Assembly: GCA_965218585.1 (NCBI GenBank) | Contig: CBDCLE010000001.1 | Span: forward strand, 160,001 to 224,000 | DNA: 64,000 nt | From: Terriglobia bacterium | Lineage (GTDB): Bacteria > Acidobacteriota > Terriglobia > 20CM-2-55-15 | Direction: 5' to 3' | Shown here: positions 39,919-51,545 of the stretch, piece after piece | Position numbering within the stretch: position 1 is the first letter of the stretch | Layout: each line of letters opens with the position of its first letter | Program-made: the position numbers and the translations under genes | The notes under the pieces: generated by a model | Told to the model about the DNA's origin: nothing | The model's database searches: none | The model's input: only the letters and a program-made list of their open reading frames with translations

Positions 39919-40089
39919 CTAGTTGCTTCCCAGTGGGTGTTGTTGCAGCGAGAACAATACATGGGTCTTTAACATTTAGAGCACGTTGCAGCGCTCGATG
40001 ATACTCGAATTTAAGGTCCCGCTTTAACATGACGTAGAAAGAAACCCTATCCCTGCAGAATTTGTCGCCTGGCGTCGGTTGTTCGGCTC

Positions 40090-40308
40090 TTATTCCTGAC
40101 GATCCTGCCATTCTTCGTACCAGGCCATCTGGATAGCTTCGAGTTTCTTTTCGTTAGAGGCCTTGGGATCGTCGGCGAAATCTTCCACTTCAGTCGCCCA
40201 GCGGTGGAGGTCTGTGAAGCGGACACCGAGCGGATCTGTTTCAGGGAACCGGTCGCATAGGGCGATGGCGATGTCTTCTGTGTCGGTCCAAGCAAGTGGT
40301 CTCTTCAT
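40090..40308 (-). CDS. iscX: Fe-S cluster assembly protein IscX
   Basis: [24 protein letters not shown] and [12 protein letters not shown]. Confidence 0.93.
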   Translation of the reverse strand: MKRPLAWTDTEDIAIALCDRFPETDPLGVRFTDLHRWATEVEDFADDPKASNEKKLEAIQMAWYEEWQDRQE

Positions 40309-42107
40309 TGGATTTCTGTGACCCGTTTGTTCTTGAGTGCTTTGCCTATGGCGGCCGTCATGATAAGTTCTGCCAGCCGCATCGTCTTTTCATTGAGCTG
40401 CTCGATAGCGTCTCTTATGACCTGGTGATCGTCCTTGTCCATGCTTGAGGCCAGGTGTTCCACTGCGGCGTCGATTTCACGTTTTTCGTCGTCGGGCAAC
40501 TGCACGTATTCTTCTTCCTTTCGACTCCGTTCACATGCGTCCAGGACAGTTCGTGCCTCGTTCCGGGCTTCAATAACCAGTCGTGCCTCGATGTCTTCTT
40601 CAGCATGCTCGAACGACTCCAGGATCATTGTCTCGACCTGCTCGTCGGTTAGGCCGTACGTGGGTTTCACTTCGATCGATTGATACTTTTCTGTTCGCAT
40701 CTCCAGGGCAGAGACGCTCAGGATGCCGTCTGCATCGATCAGGAACTTGACGTCGATCCGTGGCAGTCCTGCCGGCATTGGCGGGATGTTCTTCAGGTCG
40801 AATTCTGCGAGGCTCCGGCAGTCCTCGACCAGTTCCCGTTCTCCCTGCAGGACATGGATCTTGACGTTGGTCTGACCCTCGACGTATGTCGTAAAGGATT
40901 CGGTCGCGCTGGCCGGGATCGTGGAGTTGCGTGGAATGATCTTCGACATCACGCCCCCCATTGTCTCGATGCCCAGCGACAGGGGCGTCACGTCCAGAAG
41001 CAACGTGTCCCGCCGGCTCCCCGACAGGATGTCCGCCTGGACGGCTGCACCCAACGCCACAACTTCATCGGGGTTCAGTTCAGTGTGCGGTGTCCGTCCG
41101 AAAAGGTTTTCGACCCGGCTCCGGACCAGGGGAATTCGTGTCGAACCGCCGACCATGACAACTTCGTCCACGGCCACCGCATCCAGACCGGCATCCTTTA
41201 GGGCCTGTCGGCAGGGAACCAGAGTCCGCTCGACGATGGGGGCGATGCGGACCTCAAATTCCTCACGGGTCAGCTCACTGGTATAGTTGAGTTCGGTCAA
41301 CTCGATCAGGGCCTTCTCGGAGGCTGAGAGATCTTCCTTGGCTCTGCGCACAGAGGCGCGGACCATCTGCAGTCCCCGACCGTCAAGTTCTGTCTCCAGT
41401 TCTTCCTGCACCATACGGATCAACGCCTGGTCGATGTCGTTTCCTCCCAGGTGTGTGTCACCGCTGGTGGAGAGAACTTCGAAAATGCCTTCGCTCAGCT
41501 TCAGGATCGAAATATCGAAGGTCCCGCCCCCGAAATCGTAGACGGCGATGATCCCCTGTTTCTTTTCCTGGAGTCCATAGGCCAGGGAGGCCGCCGTGGG
41601 TTCGTTCACGATGCGGAGGACATCCAGGCCTGCGATCCGGCCGGCATCTTTGGTCGCCTGCCGCTCGGCATCGTTAAAGTAGGCCGGAACCGTAATAACC
41701 ACGTTCGTGATTTCCTCTCCGAGCTCCGCCTCGGCGCTCTGTTTCAACTCTCGAAGCACGAAAGCCGATAGTTCGGGCGGCGTGTAGGTCCGGTGCGGCG
41801 TCTCTATCTGGATGACGTTCTCGCTTGCGGCTGAAGCTTTGAAGGGAAGCAGAGACAGGTCGTCGATGACGTCTCGGAGCCCCTTCCCCATAAACCGCTT
41901 GATTGAATACACAGTGTGACGGGCATCGTCGAACATTCTTTCCTGGGCTGCGTGACCCACGTGAACAGCCCCGTCTTGACCGAAATGGATCACGGAAGGG
42001 ACGATGCGGTGACCGCCGGGCCCTTCGATGATCCTCGGGACTCCATCCTCGGCGACCGCGACGAGGCTGTTCGTCGTTCCGAGGTCTATTCCTACGATCC
42101 TTGCCAT
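40305..42107 (-). CDS. hscA: Fe-S chaperone HscA (Hsp70)
   Basis: [25 protein letters not shown] and VGGSTRIP. Located after hscB in the isc operon with a TAATG overlap. Confidence 0.92.
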   Translation of the reverse strand: MARIVGIDLGTTNSLVAVAEDGVPRIIEGPGGHRIVPSVIHFGQDGAVHVGHAAQERMFDDARHTVYSIKRFMGKGLRDVIDDLSLLPFKASAASENVIQIETPHRTYTPPELSAFVLRELKQSAEAELGEEITNVVITVPAYFNDAERQATKDAGRIAGLDVLRIVNEPTAASLAYGLQEKKQGIIAVYDFGGGTFDISILKLSEGIFEVLSTSGDTHLGGNDIDQALIRMVQEELETELDGRGLQMVRASVRRAKEDLSASEKALIELTELNYTSELTREEFEVRIAPIVERTLVPCRQALKDAGLDAVAVDEVVMVGGSTRIPLVRSRVENLFGRTPHTELNPDEVVALGAAVQADILSGSRRDTLLLDVTPLSLGIETMGGVMSKIIPRNSTIPASATESFTTYVEGQTNVKIHVLQGERELVEDCRSLAEFDLKNIPPMPAGLPRIDVKFLIDADGILSVSALEMRTEKYQSIEVKPTYGLTDEQVETMILESFEHAEEDIEARLVIEARNEARTVLDACERSRKEEEYVQLPDDEKREIDAAVEHLASSMDKDDHQVIRDAIEQLNEKTMRLAELIMTAAIGKALKNKRVTEIQ

Positions 42108-42670
42108 TACTGCGATACCTCGCTTTCGATGTCCCGTTCCAGGTTCCGTATGTAGGCCGAATGGGAGATGATGTCGGCCAGTCTGGAAAGTTGCGCCCTG
42201 CGTTCGTCTCTCGATTCCGGTCCTGAAATCAGCTGGTCCCATTCTGAGAACGCCTTCTGGAGGCGGTCGTCGTAGGTCTGCCTCATCCGGGAAATCTGCT
42301 TCCCATAGTCTTCGAGTGCCGTGGCGATCGCTTTGGTGTCTTCTCCTGATGCCCGGGCTGTTTTCAGTTGTTCTATTTCTTCGTTGATCTCGAACACCTG
42401 TGCGATCAGGGTTTGAGGCACCTTACTTGGGTCGACTTCAAAACCTTCCGACTGCACGAGATACCCGGCTCTTCTGCTTGGGTCTCTCAACGTTCGGTAG
42501 GCGTCGTTCAACAGCGCGGTCATCCGCAGCGCGCGATCCTGCTGCTCGGGTGGTGACGTCGTGTGATAGTCGGGATGGTACTGTCGGCTCAATTCGTGAA
42601 ACTTCTTCTCTAGTTCGCCTGGATCGATGTGGAGCACAGGGTCGAGACCAAACACTTCGAAGTAATTCAT
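42107..42670 (-). CDS. hscB: Fe-S co-chaperone HscB
   Basis: [11 protein letters not shown] and [11 protein letters not shown]. Confidence 0.92.
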   Translation of the reverse strand: MNYFEVFGLDPVLHIDPGELEKKFHELSRQYHPDYHTTSPPEQQDRALRMTALLNDAYRTLRDPSRRAGYLVQSEGFEVDPSKVPQTLIAQVFEINEEIEQLKTARASGEDTKAIATALEDYGKQISRMRQTYDDRLQKAFSEWDQLISGPESRDERRAQLSRLADIISHSAYIRNLERDIESEVSQ

Positions 42671-42698
42671 AATTGGCGACAGGCCACTAGCGGACCTG

Positions 42699-42726
42699 AA
42701 AAAAGGGCCGTTGTCGAACGGCCCTT
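42699..42726 (-). terminator. Intra-operon terminator between iscA and hscB
   Basis: Minus strand AAGGGCCGTT-CGAC-AACGGCCC followed by T6. Confidence 0.65.
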
Positions 42727-42748
42727 AGAGATCCAGAGTGGGGCGTTT

Positions 42749-43075
42749 TCAGATCGAGAAAGAGTCTCCACACCCGCATGTATTCGTTGCGTTGGGATTC
42801 ATGAACACAAAGCCTTTTCCCATCAGACCGTCGTCAAAATCAAGCACTGTGTTGTTCAGATAAATGTAGCTCTTGAGATCGCAGAACAGCCTTACGTCTT
42901 CCCGCTGGAAAACCTTGTCGCCTTTGCGTACCTCGGATTCGAACCCCAGGTTGTAGGAAAGTCCGGAGCACCCGCCGCCTTTTACGCCGACGCGCAATCC
43001 GCCTGCTTCGATCCCTTCCTTGTCACGCAGTTTCTTGATCTCGTCGACCGCGCGGTCTGTGATTTCAATCGCCAT
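42749..43075 (-). CDS. iscA: A-type Fe-S carrier IscA
   Basis: GGGCSGLSY and NPNATNTCGCGDSF. Confidence 0.93.
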   Translation of the reverse strand: MAIEITDRAVDEIKKLRDKEGIEAGGLRVGVKGGGCSGLSYNLGFESEVRKGDKVFQREDVRLFCDLKSYIYLNNTVLDFDDGLMGKGFVFMNPNATNTCGCGDSFSI

Positions 43076-43098
43076 GATGTTTGCTTGAGCGGGTCTCT

Positions 43099-43506
43099 TT
43101 ATTCGTTGGTCCCGTTGCTTTCTTCCGGATGCTTGACCTTCCAGTCCGAAATGGCCGCCTTGATCGCATCTTCTGCCAGTACCGAGCAATGGATCTTGAC
43201 GGGAGGAAGGCTGAGCTCTTTAACAATTTCGGTGTTCTTGATCGCGAGAGCTTCGTCCAGAGTCTTACCTTTGACCCACTCCGTCGCCAGGCTCGAGCTC
43301 GCGATGGCGCTGCCACAACCGAACGTCTTGAACTTCGCGTCCTCGATGACACCACTTTCTTCATCGACCTTGATCTGTAACTTCATCACATCCCCGCATT
43401 CGGGGGCGCCGACGAGCCCCGTGCCAACGTCTTCTTCTTCCTTCTTAAACGAACCGACGTTGCGTGGGTTGTTGTAGTGGTCGACAACCTTGTCTGAATA
43501 AGCCAT
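43099..43506 (-). CDS. iscU: Fe-S scaffold IscU
   Basis: APECGDVM, FGCGSA and LPPVKIHC. Confidence 0.96.
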   Translation of the reverse strand: MAYSDKVVDHYNNPRNVGSFKKEEEDVGTGLVGAPECGDVMKLQIKVDEESGVIEDAKFKTFGCGSAIASSSLATEWVKGKTLDEALAIKNTEIVKELSLPPVKIHCSVLAEDAIKAAISDWKVKHPEESNGTNE

Positions 43507-43523
43507 CTCTGATCTCTCCTTCC

Positions 43524-44747
43524 CTATTCTGCTGTCCAGTTAACGGTGCTGAGGTCAATGCCTTCCTTGACCATTTCATAGAGCGGCGACAGTTCGCGCA
43601 ACCGGCGTACCGTCTCGGTTACCTTGTCGGCTGTATAGTCGACTTCCTCTTCGGTATTGAACCGTCCGATTCCGAATCGAATCGATGTGTGCGCCAGTTC
43701 CTCACCGACGCCCATGGCCTTGAGCACATAAGAGGGCTCAAGGCTTGCCGAAGTGCACGCGGATCCGGAGGAAACAGCGATATCGTCGAGTCCCATCAAC
43801 AACGATTCGCCTTCCACATAGGCGAAGCTGATGTTGAGATTCCCCGGTATACGCCGCTGGGGATCACCATTGATAAAGACTTCGTCCAGGCTCTCCTCGA
43901 GCCGGTTCCGCAGTCGTTCACGCAACCCGAAGATGCGAGCTGACTCCTCTTCCAGTTCTTCGAGTGCGAGTTCCGCAGCTTTGCCAAAACCTACGATGCC
44001 CGGTACGTTCAACGTTCCCGAGCGCATGCCGCGTTCGTGGCCGCCACCATCGATGATGGGGCTCAACAGAACACGGGGATTTCTGCGGCGCACGTAAATT
44101 GCGCCAACACCTTTCGGGCCATACATCTTGTGTGCGCTCAGCGACGCAATGTCGACGTTCATTTCGTTCACGTCGAACGGTATCTTTCCGACCGCCTGCA
44201 CAGCATCGGTATGGAAGAGGACGCCGTTTTCTCTGGCGATCCGCCCGATTTCGGCAATGTCCTGAATAACGCCCACCTCGTTGTTGACGGTCATGATCGA
44301 TATCAGAATGGTCTTGTCGGTAATGGCTTCCTTGAGCTCATTCAGGTCGATCAGGCCATCGGTTCCTACGGGCAGGTAGGTCACCTGGATGCCTTTCTTT
44401 TCCAGGTGCTTCGCGCTGTCGATCACGGCCTTGTGTTCCGTTACACACGTGATGATGTGGTCGCCCTTCTGGCTGTACATTTCAGCGACGCCCTTCAGGG
44501 CGAGGTTGTCCGATTCGGTCGCGCCACTGGTGAAGACGATTTCCTTATGGCTCGCGTTGATGAGTGCCGCTACCTGCCGCCTCGCTTTGTCGACAGCCTC
44601 CTCGGCCGCCCAGCCGAACTGGTGGTTCCGGCTGGCTGCGTTTCCAAAGTTCTTCCCGAAATAGGGCAGCATTGCCTCCAGGACTCGGGGATCGACCGGC
44701 GTCGTCGCCTGGTTGTCCATGTAAATGGGTTCGGTCAGAGTCGTCAT
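43524..44747 (-). CDS. iscS: Cysteine desulfurase IscS
   Basis: [17 protein letters not shown] and SSGSACTS. Confidence 0.96.
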   Translation of the reverse strand: MTTLTEPIYMDNQATTPVDPRVLEAMLPYFGKNFGNAASRNHQFGWAAEEAVDKARRQVAALINASHKEIVFTSGATESDNLALKGVAEMYSQKGDHIITCVTEHKAVIDSAKHLEKKGIQVTYLPVGTDGLIDLNELKEAITDKTILISIMTVNNEVGVIQDIAEIGRIARENGVLFHTDAVQAVGKIPFDVNEMNVDIASLSAHKMYGPKGVGAIYVRRRNPRVLLSPIIDGGGHERGMRSGTLNVPGIVGFGKAAELALEELEEESARIFGLRERLRNRLEESLDEVFINGDPQRRIPGNLNISFAYVEGESLLMGLDDIAVSSGSACTSASLEPSYVLKAMGVGEELAHTSIRFGIGRFNTEEEVDYTADKVTETVRRLRELSPLYEMVKEGIDLSTVNWTAE

Positions 44748-44758
44748 CCTCGCTTCTC

Positions 44759-45229
44759 CTAATCGCGACTTCCCAATTCCAGGGGTTTTGGAATTCTTAT
44801 CCCGCCTCTCTCAGCATTCATCTCCAGCAGTTCGGTCTCAGCCAGTTCGTGGATCGTCGTTTCCACCAAAACCTGCATCACTTTTTCCTTGATGCTGCGG
44901 AGGGGATCCCGAATAGAACACAACTGAAGTTGTTCGCAATCGTCGCCTACTTCGCAGGGAGTCATCGTGACCGGACCTTCCAGTGCCTCGATGACATCCA
45001 TGACGCTGATCAGCAGCGGTACCCGAGCCAGCGCATATCCACCGTTGGGACCGGAATGGGACTGGAGCAAACCCTTGCGAACCAGTCGCTGAAGAACCTT
45101 TGCCAGCAGTTCAGATGGGATGTTGTAGGTGCGGGCCAGTTCAGGGGCACTGTAGGCGTGTTCATCATGTAAAGCCAGGTGCTTCAGTGCGATCAGCCCG
45201 TAATCGGTTCGTTTGGATAGTCTGAACAT
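44759..45229 (-). CDS. iscR: Rrf2-family regulator IscR
   Basis: GPNGGYAL and C-x5-C-x5-C. First gene of the isc operon. Confidence 0.85.
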   Translation of the reverse strand: MFRLSKRTDYGLIALKHLALHDEHAYSAPELARTYNIPSELLAKVLQRLVRKGLLQSHSGPNGGYALARVPLLISVMDVIEALEGPVTMTPCEVGDDCEQLQLCSIRDPLRSIKEKVMQVLVETTIHELAETELLEMNAERGGIRIPKPLELGSRD

Positions 45230-45287
45230 CGTATCTTGTGACGGTGCCCGTAAGTGCCTCTCTCCACACCGTATTCCAGATTATTCT

Positions 45288-45330
45288 AACCCCGACCGAA
45301 TCTATCGCCGATCATTTTGGTCGGGTATAT
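45288..45330 (-). promoter_or_regulatory. IscR type-1-like operator(s) upstream of iscR
   Basis: Minus strand ATACCCGACCAAAATGATCGG resembles the recalled type-1 IscR box. An adjacent second half-match is CCCGACCGAATCTATCG. Confidence 0.6.
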
Positions 45331-45449
45331 AAAAAGAGAATAAATCTTGGTCTTGATCTTCGTCAAGTCCAAATCGTGGAGAATGGCTCTTGAGGCTGCG
45401 GGAAGGGCATTCTAAATCGGACAAGTCGTTTAATAAAAGCGATATGCAG

Positions 45450-46118
45450 CTATTGTCCGACACCCAAAATACCGAAGATCTCTTCGAGAGTCCGGATCGA
45501 TTTCCCATCCCGGGGAGTGTCGGGCATCTGACGATCTACGAGAATGCTCTCGAGTCCTGCTCGCGCCGCGCCTTGAACATCCTGTCTCATGTCGTCTCCG
45601 ACAAAAAGAGCTTCCGCAGGCGCCACTCCCAACCTGTCGGTAGCGCTCAGAAAGATTCGCGTGTCCGGTTTGGCATAGCCGGAAGAGTCGGGCGTGACGA
45701 CGGCCTCGAAATAGGGGCGAATCCTCAGATCGTCCAGAACACCGTTCAGACGGGAATCAAAATTGGAAACCACGCCCATCCGGTATTGGCTCTGTTTTAG
45801 AGTTTCCAGCACGGGGACCGTTTCACGGTAACAATGCCACCCCTGTTCGGTCCTGAAGACCTCGTAGATTTCTTCGAAGAAGTCATCGAACCTGGGAAAC
45901 GGGCCGAGATTGGCAAACACTGATCCAACCAGGGACTTCCAGCCCGCTCTATCGATAGGTATTCCCCGAGCCTTCACCAGATGCAGGAATTCCTGGTCAA
46001 TCGCGTCGGGGTCGGAATGGAAACCGTAGTCGGCTGCGACGTTCCCGTAAATTTCTCCGATCGTTCCACGGGAATGGAACAGAGTGCCGACCGCGTCAAA
46101 AAGGACTGCCCGGATCAC
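45450..46118 (-). CDS. HAD-IA family hydrolase (REG-2-like)
   Basis: FDAVGTL, VSNFD, KPD and VGDD...D. GTGA overlap with the upstream gene. Confidence 0.9.
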   Translation of the reverse strand: MIRAVLFDAVGTLFHSRGTIGEIYGNVAADYGFHSDPDAIDQEFLHLVKARGIPIDRAGWKSLVGSVFANLGPFPRFDDFFEEIYEVFRTEQGWHCYRETVPVLETLKQSQYRMGVVSNFDSRLNGVLDDLRIRPYFEAVVTPDSSGYAKPDTRIFLSATDRLGVAPAEALFVGDDMRQDVQGAARAGLESILVDRQMPDTPRDGKSIRTLEEIFGILGVGQ

Positions 46119-47169
46119 AGCTCGACCCAACCGCCTACTTTCGATGAAGTGCGTGCTGCATCCAGTATGCGTTGACTGATCAGGCCGTCTTCGAAGTTCG
46201 GATGCGGCGAATCCTGCCGCTTCTCGATGGCGTCAACGAGCGAGTTGACGAGGGCGCGGAACGGGGGACGGAGAGAATGGCCGGACTCCTTCTGCAATTG
46301 GTATCGAGGTGGGATCGTGAGTTCTCCTACGGTCCGGGCACTGCGTTTCCCCCCCATGATCGAGAGGCCACGATAGTCGGGAATCACCAACTGGCCCTTG
46401 CTTCCGTAAATGCCGACCTGTGACATTTCGACACCCGCCACTGCGCTCATGTGCAGAGTGGCCTGCGCGCCTGTGGCGAACTCGATCACCATTACAAATG
46501 CGTCGTCACTGGTAACCCGTTCCCCGCTGCGTTCTCCTACGAAGGTAGACAGAGAGCACATTACCCGCCGCGGTTTTCCCATCCACAGTTGGACTGAATC
46601 TACAGAGTGCGAGCCCAGCGCTCCGAGCAGGCCCCCTCCCCGACGCCTGTCAGACCACCAGTTCCATCCGACGTCTCCGGAGTCGGACCGCCACCCGAAA
46701 TGGGACGACATTTCGGCCATTCGGATCTCGCCGACATAGTTCTGCCGCAGAAGATCCATGAGAAACGTACGCGCCGGAAGGTAGCGGAATTCAAAGTCCA
46801 CCATGGCCACGACACCGGCATCGGTTACCGCTTTGAGCATTTCCTCGGCTTCGGCCGTGTCCATGGCGAACGGTTTTCGCACAGGACGTGGATTCCCCTT
46901 TTCGCCGCATAAAGAACCATGCGGTGGTGGAGATGGGGTGGTGTGGTGATGCTGACCAGGTCCGGCTTCTCTGTGTCGAGCATCTCTTCGAAATCGGTGT
47001 ATGCGCCAGCCACGCCGTGTTCGGCTGCTACAGCGGTTGCCCGCTCGGGGCGGGCGCTGGAAAGAGCGACGACCTTTGTTCCCTTGTGAGACTGAAAGAC
47101 GGGTATCTGTACCGCACCGGCGAACGACGTTCCGGCAACGGCAACACGCAGCTTTCCAGATTCGGCCAC
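46115..47169 (-). CDS. Gfo/Idh/MocA oxidoreductase with a frameshift in the A-run at 46874-46877
   Basis: ORFs 46825-47169 and 46115-46882 join as HVLCEKPFAMD if one A is added. GGGLLGALGSH. Confidence 0.85.
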
Positions 47170-47188
47170 GCTTCTATCTTATTAAGAA

Positions 47189-47274
47189 AAAAGTAGGGAC
47201 AGGTCACTCTTTTTGCATGGTGATTGGGAATGAACTCCTAGTTTTGGCAAAAGGAGTGACCTGTCCCTACTTTT
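47189..47274. repeat. 28-bp inverted repeat (GTAG/GGGACAG type) between divergent genes
   Basis: AAAAGTAGGGACAGGTCACTC(T)TTTTGC-N30-GCAAAA(G)GAGTGACCTGTCCCTACTTTT, one mismatch. Confidence 0.8.
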
Positions 47275-47305
47275 ATCTCCTTCATGGTAAAATCTGCGGC
47301 TTCCA

Positions 47306-48613
47306 ATGGCCGAGATCAGTCCATTCAAGTCGCTTCACTATTCAAAAGACCGAGTACCCGTGGAGCGTGTCGTCACTCAACCCTACGACAAGATTTCTCC
47401 TGAAATGCAGTCCGAATACAGGGCACGGCATCCAAATAACCTCGTCCGTATCCTCCGTTCAGCAACGGAACCGGATCTCGATCCTGACGTCTCGCCCTAC
47501 AAAAGAGCTTCAGACACGCTCGAATCATGGCGTCAGGAAGGCATCATCGAGCAGGCCGAAGAACCCTCACTGTTTGCGTACTTCCAGCGTTTTCGGACTT
47601 CAGACGATGCCGAGGTCCGGACACGAAAAGGTTTTATCGGTTTGACACGTCTGGAGGATTACGCCAGCCAGGTTGTCTTTCCGCACGAGCGAACGCTGAC
47701 CGGACCCAAGCAGGACCGGCTTGAACTGTTGCGTCACACCGAGACACACTTCGGTCAGGTTTTCCTGCTCTATTCGGATCCTGCCGGAGTCGTCGATGCC
47801 GTCCTGGATGCAATCGCCTCCGACCCGCCTGAGGTGGAGGTTCGTGATGAGTACGATGTCGAGCACTTGCTGTGGCGCGTTTCGGATACCGAAGCAATCG
47901 GTGCCATTCAGGCAGCGATGGTGGACAAGCAACTCGTGATAGCGGACGGTCACCATAGATACGAGACGGCTCTGGCGTTCCGCGACGAGAAGAGAAGGGA
48001 AATGGGAGCCGGGAACGCCGGACCCTTCGAATGGTTGATGACCACACTGGTCAACATGGAGAGTCCCGGAATGACGATTCTTCCGACGCACCGCGTGGTC
48101 TCGAACCTGACTTCATACGAACCCGCCCGATTTATTGAACGCGCCCGGGAGTACTTCAAAGTTTCGGAAGTCAATGACGTTGGAGGGCTGGAAGCCCGTC
48201 TGGCTCAAGCAGTCACAGGCCGGCCGACTATCGGAATGGCTACGGCCGGAGAGAGCGGCTTTACGGTGCTTGAATTGCGGGACGGCATCGATTTTCAGAC
48301 TGTTCTGCCCGATGTGACACCCGCTCAGGCCGAACTCGACGTTGTGATCCTCCACTGGGTGGTTTTGGGAAAGTGCCTGGATATTTCAGAGGAAGACGTG
48401 CGTGGAGAGAGTTATCTGAAATACGTCCGTGGGTTGAGTGCCGCAGTGGCCCAAGTCGGTGAGGGCCGTGCGCAGGTGTGCTTCTTACTGAACCCGACGC
48501 GTATGGAACAGGTTCGGGACATTGCGCTAGCAGGAGATGTCATGCCGCAGAAATCCACCGATTTCTTCCCGAAACTCCTGTCCGGTTTAACGATGTATTC
48601 GATGGGGTCTTAG
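47306..48613 (+). CDS. DUF1015 family protein
   Basis: PYDKIS, PHERTL, IADGHHRYETA and MPQKSTDFFPK. Confidence 0.92.
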   Translation: MAEISPFKSLHYSKDRVPVERVVTQPYDKISPEMQSEYRARHPNNLVRILRSATEPDLDPDVSPYKRASDTLESWRQEGIIEQAEEPSLFAYFQRFRTSDDAEVRTRKGFIGLTRLEDYASQVVFPHERTLTGPKQDRLELLRHTETHFGQVFLLYSDPAGVVDAVLDAIASDPPEVEVRDEYDVEHLLWRVSDTEAIGAIQAAMVDKQLVIADGHHRYETALAFRDEKRREMGAGNAGPFEWLMTTLVNMESPGMTILPTHRVVSNLTSYEPARFIERAREYFKVSEVNDVGGLEARLAQAVTGRPTIGMATAGESGFTVLELRDGIDFQTVLPDVTPAQAELDVVILHWVVLGKCLDISEEDVRGESYLKYVRGLSAAVAQVGEGRAQVCFLLNPTRMEQVRDIALAGDVMPQKSTDFFPKLLSGLTMYSMGS

Positions 48614-48620
48614 CGTTGGT

Positions 48621-49748
48621 TCACGGTTTGTTGATGTGCCGCGGATCGGAATCGTCGGTCCATCGTTTCTTGAACATCTCTCTGAGTCCTTCCACCATCC
48701 GATCCCGATGATCGTATAGCCTTCGAAGAGTCCGTGCTTGGTGGCCGTGCAGCGAATAGGCCGTCAGAAGCGGAACCGCGACGGTTGAATCGAGGTAGCA
48801 GACGACAGCGTCGGGAAGCCGGTCCGGATCCACCTTGCCCCAGCTGACGGCTTCGGCCGGTGTCGCTCCCGACAGGCCGCCCGTGTCGGGCCGGGCGTCG
48901 GTAAACTGAAGATAGTAATCGTGGCCCTTTTCTTCCAGCCCCAGCACTTCCTGGATCTGAGGCTCGGTTTGCAGGACGAAATTTTTGGGCGATCCGCCGC
49001 CGATCAGGAGGGTGCCGCTCTTCAGGTTCTTCTGTTTTGCATCGTAGACGATTGCGGCGGTTTCGTTGACGTCGGCGTTCACGTCGATCTGGCATTTGGA
49101 TCCAACCAAGGCGTTGGCTGCAACGTTCATCCCGATCGAACTGTCTCCCGGAGAGGATGTATATATCGGAATGCCGCACTCGTGAGCCGTCGCTACCAGA
49201 GACTTGTCCTTGATGCCGAGGACGCGCTCGCGTTCCAGGACATAACCGCCGAGTTTGTAGTGAAACTCGGCTGAACTCATAGTGGTCTGGAATTCGGGCT
49301 CACCGACGACCTTTTTGATGAAATTGTCGGTTTCCACCAGGACGTCGTACTCGAACAGGATGTCGTAGATGCGCACGACGCCTTCGTCCCTGAGCTCACG
49401 GTCATCGAGGTTGGGAGAGCCGCGATGCATTTCCAGTCCAATTCCGAAGTGGATGTCGTGATACAGGTTGGCTCCGGTCGAGACCATCCAGTCGATAAAG
49501 CCCGCCCGCATCAGAGGAACGATGGCGGCCATTCCCAATCCCGCGGGTGTCATTGCCCCCGACAGGCTGACACCGACGACGACGTCTTCGGCGAGCATCC
49601 GTTGGGTGAACAGATGACAAGCTTCGCGGAAGCGAGCGGCGTTGTAAGCGTTGAATGTTTGATCGATAAGGTCGACCAGTGAGGTGTCGGGTCCAATGGG
49701 CGGAGGATCGATGTTCTTGCCCTTCAGGAAGTGTTTGTCATGGGCCAT
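48621..49748 (-). CDS. Deoxyhypusine synthase-like protein (homospermidine biosynthesis type)
   Basis: [23 protein letters not shown] and [16 protein letters not shown] (catalytic Lys). Confidence 0.88.
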   Translation of the reverse strand: MAHDKHFLKGKNIDPPPIGPDTSLVDLIDQTFNAYNAARFREACHLFTQRMLAEDVVVGVSLSGAMTPAGLGMAAIVPLMRAGFIDWMVSTGANLYHDIHFGIGLEMHRGSPNLDDRELRDEGVVRIYDILFEYDVLVETDNFIKKVVGEPEFQTTMSSAEFHYKLGGYVLERERVLGIKDKSLVATAHECGIPIYTSSPGDSSIGMNVAANALVGSKCQIDVNADVNETAAIVYDAKQKNLKSGTLLIGGGSPKNFVLQTEPQIQEVLGLEEKGHDYYLQFTDARPDTGGLSGATPAEAVSWGKVDPDRLPDAVVCYLDSTVAVPLLTAYSLHGHQARTLRRLYDHRDRMVEGLREMFKKRWTDDSDPRHINKP

Positions 49749-49764
49749 TGGCAGGGGTCTAATG

Positions 49765-50238
49765 CTAGTACTCGAAACCGTTCTTTCGGATTCGAACCAT
49801 GGGTTCGCCGTCGTCGAGCCGACCACCGTTTGTCACTTCTCCCACGAAAACGATATGGTCTCCGGCTTCGTTTTTTTGTTTGAACTTGCACTCGAGGAAG
49901 CCGATGGCATCTGCTGGCACGGGAATTCCCGTATCGAAGGTGCGGGTTCCGAGTCCTTCAAAGGGGTCTTCGCCCTCTGGAACCCCTTTCCAGAACTTGT
50001 TGAGCGAATCTTTGCTGTCGGGGCCCATGATGGCGAGCACAAACGTCCCTGAGTTTTTGATCATCGACCGAATGGGTCGCCCCCCGGCGACGGCAACGAC
50101 GATAGTCGGCGGATCGAAGCGCGCCTGCTGGACGAATGACGCTAGCATGGCCGACTTTTGATCCCCTTCCGCAGCCGCAAGGACGAAAACGCCGCTGGGA
50201 ATTAGACCGAGGCCTTGACTGACACCCTCACGATTCAT
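49765..50238 (-). CDS. Flavin reductase-like protein
   Basis: [20 protein letters not shown] and [11 protein letters not shown]. Confidence 0.88.
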   Translation of the reverse strand: MNREGVSQGLGLIPSGVFVLAAAEGDQKSAMLASFVQQARFDPPTIVVAVAGGRPIRSMIKNSGTFVLAIMGPDSKDSLNKFWKGVPEGEDPFEGLGTRTFDTGIPVPADAIGFLECKFKQKNEAGDHIVFVGEVTNGGRLDDGEPMVRIRKNGFEY

Positions 50239-50336
50239 CGATAATCTCCTCAGGTGATGGGGAAAAAGGGGTATTCTGACGGACTTCGGAGATGTTTTCA
50301 ATAAAGCGGTGGGAGCCGGACCCTGCAGGTACGAGA

Positions 50337-51545
50337 ATGAATGAAAAGTTAGTCGAAAGTCTGCAGCAAGCTCTTCGGGCCGAAGGGCTGGATGGTTGGC
50401 TTTTCTATTGTTTTCGGGGAAGCGACCCGATCGCAGAGAACATCCTCAAGCTGGATCGTTCCCAGATTACCACCCGGCGCTGGGCGTACTTCGTGCCCAC
50501 GGCGGGAGAACCGCAGAAGATTCTTCACATCATCGAGCCCCATGTTCTGGACACTCTGCCGGGAGCAGAACGCAACTATTTGGCATGGCAACAGCTCCAC
50601 GAGCACCTCAGAGAGGCCCTATTGTCGAGTGCACCGGTATCGGGTGCGCCGCGTGTGGCGATGCAGTACTCCCCTCTGAATGCCATTCCATACGTGTCCC
50701 GGGTAGACGCCGGCACGGTGGAACTGGTCCGCAGTTTCGGAGTTGAGGTTGTCTCTTCGGCAGATCTGGTTCAGGTCTTCGAGGCCGTCTGGACTGACGT
50801 CCAGTTGGAGACTCACTTGTTTGCCGTCAACCATCTCCGCGAAATCGTCGATGTTGCGTTCAACGAAACGGCGCGGCGAATGAGAGACGGCATTACGACC
50901 AATGAGTTCGATATTCAGGAGTTCATCTGGGATCAATATGCCCAGCGGGGATTGGTATCTTCAGATCGGCCCATCGTCGCGATCAACGCCCACAGCGCCG
51001 ATCCTCACTACCTGCCTGATGCCGAACACTCTGCACCTGTTCGGAAAGGCGATTTCATGCTCCTCGACATCTGGGCGAAGCAGGGGGACACCGGTGCCGT
51101 CTACGGGGACATTACCTGGACCGGCTATGTCGGTGAATCCGTTCCGGACAGACACGAAAAGATATTTCAAGTGGTGCGCCAGGGCCGGGATGCGGCTATA
51201 GAGCTGGTTCGAAATCGTCACGGGAAAGGTACCCTGCATGGCTGGGAAGTCGACGACGCGGCTCGAAGCTCGATTGCCAGCGCCGGCTACGGCGATTACT
51301 TCATTCATCGTACCGGCCATTCCATCCACGAAGAAGACCACGGCAACGGCGCCAACATCGATAATCTGGAAACCGAGGACAGCCGGAAACTCATGGCAGG
51401 CACCTGCTTTTCGATCGAACCCGGCGTGTATCTGAAAGGCGATTTCGGTGTCCGTAGCGAGGTGGATGTCTATTTGTCCCACGACGCTCCGGTGGTGACC
51501 GGCACGCCGATTCAGGAGAACGTCATACCCATCCTTGGCCGTTGA
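50337..51545 (+). CDS. M24 Xaa-Pro aminopeptidase
   Basis: LDIWAK, YGDITW, HRTGHSI, SIEPGVY and GVRSE. Confidence 0.9.
   Translation: MNEKLVESLQQALRAEGLDGWLFYCFRGSDPIAENILKLDRSQITTRRWAYFVPTAGEPQKILHIIEPHVLDTLPGAERNYLAWQQLHEHLREALLSSAPVSGAPRVAMQYSPLNAIPYVSRVDAGTVELVRSFGVEVVSSADLVQVFEAVWTDVQLETHLFAVNHLREIVDVAFNETARRMRDGITTNEFDIQEFIWDQYAQRGLVSSDRPIVAINAHSADPHYLPDAEHSAPVRKGDFMLLDIWAKQGDTGAVYGDITWTGYVGESVPDRHEKIFQVVRQGRDAAIELVRNRHGKGTLHGWEVDDAARSSIASAGYGDYFIHRTGHSIHEEDHGNGANIDNLETEDSRKLMAGTCFSIEPGVYLKGDFGVRSEVDVYLSHDAPVVTGTPIQENVIPILGR

Larger units (their letters stand above)
37919..39962 (-). pseudogene. Double zinc-ribbon protein (100 aa) interrupted by IS1380
   Basis: Removing the IS and one CTAG restores MYCSRCNNTHWEATSLRTL...CLKC...CPSC...CRVC...RTS* in frame (44 + 259 nt). 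Confidence 0.82.

Noticed and set aside
40305-42107. Housekeeping dnaK
   Set aside because: Position after hscB in the isc operon and the LPPVK motif in IscU indicate HscA.
48621-49748. Eukaryote-like hypusination system
   Set aside because: Bacterial DHS-like proteins of this type are known in homospermidine synthesis. No eIF5A/EF-P partner is adjacent.
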